Of a DNA stretch of 64,000 bases, positions 61,398 through 64,000 are shown one piece after another (within the stretch, counting starts at the first letter, position 1; each line of letters begins with the position of its first letter). This stretch comes from Tubulanus polymorphus (Eukaryota > Animalia > Nemertea), in contig NC_134033.1 of NCBI RefSeq assembly GCF_964204645.1, forward strand, positions 8,688,655-8,752,654, read 5' to 3'. The translations under genes and the position numbers were made by a program. The notes below the pieces were generated by a model. That model did not search any database, had not been told where the DNA came from, and saw only the letters and a program-made list of their open reading frames with translations.

Positions 61398-64000
61398 ATG
61401 GGAGAGAGTGAGTTCCAACTAGAAAACAATAATGTCAATAAAAATCAATATTATTGTCAATATTGTAAAAAATACATCGATAAATCTAATAAAACTAAAC
61501 ATGAAAAATCTTCAAATCATATAAAAAATGTAATAGATTTTGAAACTCCAGAAAATTCCAATGAAAGAAAAGAAAGATTAGAAAATATGAATGTGGATGA
61601 AATAAAATGTGAAGTTTGTAATGAATTTATAGTAAAAAGGAATTATAATAGACATCTCGAATCACAAAAACATTATAAAAATTTGAGTAATAATGTTTTA
61701 GGATTAGAATATTTTGATAATAAACCTCAACAAGTAAAAGAATCAACTTCAAAAACTAAATCCATTTCAAATAAACCTTACATGGAAAATGTTAGAAATT
61801 ATATTGATTCACTAGAAATAAAAGATACAATTGAAATCTTAGAAACATTACATAGTAAAATTGGTCCTGCAGCTATTATATTTAGATTCTTTAAAGGTAC
61901 AACAATAGAAGATTATAGTAAATTTAATGAAATAATAGAAAAAATACTAGATTTGATAACAGATGTTGAATATCCAAAAATTAGTATCTCTGGGAAAGTA
62001 AGTTTTATAAAGTCAGAAGAAAAAATGGATTATAATATTCAAACACACTCTGAAGAAATAATTTCAAAAACACAAATAAAAGAGAAGTTAGAAAAAATAT
62101 TTAATGAATTTAAACGTCATATTGAAGAAAGATATTTTGAGGGTTCTGGCTTAACATTGAATGAAATTATATATTTAGATTTAAATGTTTATAATACAAA
62201 AAGAAATAAAACATCAAAAAGTAATAAAATGTTTAAAAATGATTCAAACTTTATAACAGAAAAAGATATGAAAGCATCAAGTTATATCAAATTACCATTT
62301 ATAACAAAAGCAGTAATAAATATTCAAAATGAAGATAATAAATGTTTTCTATGGTCAATTATTAGTTGCTTACATCCAACAGAAGAACATGTTTATAGAA
62401 TAACAGATTACCAGAAATATGAAACATTATATAAAATTGATCAATATCCAGTAACTATAAAAATGATTCCTAAAATAGAAAAAGTTAATAATTTAAAAAT
62501 AAATGTATTCGAATTAATGCAATTACCAAAGACAAAAGGTGAAAATATTAAAGATTATACATTGGAAGCTTTATATTTAACTGAATATTATGATGATGAA
62601 AATGCTATAGATTTGTTATATTACAAAAAAGATGAAAATGAACATTATATGTGGTTAAAACAAATTGATTTATTCTTTAGAACAGAAAGTGATTTTAACA
62701 GCCATAGAATTTATCTATGTAGAAAATGTTTATCTAAATTTAGAACTGAGAATACATTATTAAAACATAAAGAATTATGTGATAATAAAGATTTTTGTAA
62801 ATTAATAATGCCAACAGAAAAAGATTATAAATTGAAATTTACTAATCATAAATTTAAAAATATTGTTCCATTTGTAATATATGGGGATTTTGAATCATTG
62901 AATAAAGAATTAACTGATCAAGATAGAAAAGAAATATATAACAAAAAGCAATTATTAAAATCAATGGATAAAGGAAGTGAATTAAATGAAGACATAATAC
63001 AAGACCCACCAATTATAAATACAATTAAAAAAGTTCATCAAAGAGCTGCTGCTTATGGAATTTATATAAAATCAAATTATCCCGAATTATATGAAAGTCA
63101 ATATATTTCTTTTAGAGGTGAAAATGTAGTTAATGATTTTTGTGATAAAATGATTGAATTAGAAAGTGATTTTGCAAAATTATTGAATACAAATAAAGAA
63201 ATAATTATGACAGAAGAAGATGAAATTGATTTTAATTATGCAACTCATTGTTGTTACTGTGAAAAACGTTTTTATTCATTTGATAAAAAAGTAAGAGACC
63301 ATGATCATTTGAATGGAAAGTTTAGAGGCGCTGCACATGAGAATTGTAATTTACAAGCCAAAAAAGTAAATTTTGTCCCCATTATATTTCACAATTTATC
63401 GGGGTATGATACCCATCTATTTATAAAACAGTTATGCTATAAAATAGAAGAAATTAATAATGAAATAGAAATATTAAATTCAAATAGATTAAAAGATAAC
63501 AAAGTATCAACTTATAAATTTAAAATACTAGCTAAAACATCTGAAAATTATATTTCATTCCAATTTGGGTGTTTAAGATTTATAGATTCATATAGATTTC
63601 TAGCAAGTTCATTAGATAATTTAGCAAAAAGTTTAGTTGATAATGATTTTAAAATAACTCAACATTATTATCAAAATGAACAAGATTTTAAATTATTAAG
63701 ATATAAAGGAGCGATTCCATATTCTTTCTATAAAAATCATAATGATTTTAAAATAACAGAATTATTAAAAGATCAATTTTATGATAAATTAAAAGAGGAG
63801 TATGTGAAAGATGAAGTGTTTAATAGAACATTAAATATTTGGAACCATTTTAAGATGAAAAATCATGGTGAATTAGTTGATTTATATTTAAAATCAGATG
63901 TTATGATATTGGCTGACATATTTGAAAAATTTAGAGAAGTTAATTTGAATCATTTTAATGTTGATCCTTGTTATTGCTACTCTAGTCCTGGTTTAACCTG
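61398..64000 (+). CDS. Protein-primed DNA polymerase B (C2H2 fingers, HNH/EndoVII insert), apparently open and running off the window end
   Basis: ATG 61398 is in frame with DPCYCYSSPGLT at the window end; same motifs as 27768-31626; the ORF track lists no stop-terminated ORF here, consistent with an uninterrupted frame of more than 860 codons. Confidence 0.88.
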   Translation, partial: MGESEFQLENNNVNKNQYYCQYCKKYIDKSNKTKHEKSSNHIKNVIDFETPENSNERKERLENMNVDEIKCEVCNEFIVKRNYNRHLESQKHYKNLSNNVLGLEYFDNKPQQVKESTSKTKSISNKPYMENVRNYIDSLEIKDTIEILETLHSKIGPAAIIFRFFKGTTIEDYSKFNEIIEKILDLITDVEYPKISISGKVSFIKSEEKMDYNIQTHSEEIISKTQIKEKLEKIFNEFKRHIEERYFEGSGLTLNEIIYLDLNVYNTKRNKTSKSNKMFKNDSNFITEKDMKASSYIKLPFITKAVINIQNEDNKCFLWSIISCLHPTEEHVYRITDYQKYETLYKIDQYPVTIKMIPKIEKVNNLKINVFELMQLPKTKGENIKDYTLEALYLTEYYDDENAIDLLYYKKDENEHYMWLKQIDLFFRTESDFNSHRIYLCRKCLSKFRTENTLLKHKELCDNKDFCKLIMPTEKDYKLKFTNHKFKNIVPFVIYGDFESLNKELTDQDRKEIYNKKQLLKSMDKGSELNEDIIQDPPIINTIKKVHQRAAAYGIYIKSNYPELYESQYISFRGENVVNDFCDKMIELESDFAKLLNTNKEIIMTEEDEIDFNYATHCCYCEKRFYSFDKKVRDHDHLNGKFRGAAHENCNLQAKKVNFVPIIFHNLSGYDTHLFIKQLCYKIEEINNEIEILNSNRLKDNKVSTYKFKILAKTSENYISFQFGCLRFIDSYRFLASSLDNLAKSLVDNDFKITQHYYQNEQDFKLLRYKGAIPYSFYKNHNDFKITELLKDQFYDKLKEEYVKDEVFNRTLNIWNHFKMKNHGELVDLYLKSDVMILADIFEKFREVNLNHFNVDPCYCYSSPGLT

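Overview
AT-rich, intron-containing animal genomic DNA, probably a marine invertebrate (inferred from the element families; the species cannot be fixed from sequence alone). No rRNA, tRNA gene or CRISPR array was found. Host genes: (1) a complete 8-coding-exon minus-strand gene (18642->8694, about 1002 aa by my splice reconstruction). It encodes signal peptide - 4-Cys chitin-binding-like module - RRRR furin site - stonustoxin/verrucotoxin-type pore-forming domain - 3 FN3 - short helical neck - C-terminal Cys module. (2) Exons of a second secreted protein with a fibronectin type II domain (50044-49990, 45623-45483). The rest is mostly mobile DNA: a young 2.6-kb LTR element with atypical TTTA...TAAA ends and a single zinc-knuckle/coiled-coil ORF, a CR1-group LINE, an RTEX-like LINE, Penelope-like elements with hammerhead ribozymes, piggyBac, Harbinger, Academ-like and foldback/MITE remnants, and several Polinton/Maverick (adintovirus-like) pieces of two pPolB types. 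One very AT-rich Polinton family has ~120-nt self-complementary terminal hairpins and a T-run-N6-TAAAT(G) motif at many gene starts. That motif matches the architecture of poxvirus late promoters and suggests a virophage-like dependence on a helper virus. All protein assignments come from motif recognition by eye; no searches were run.
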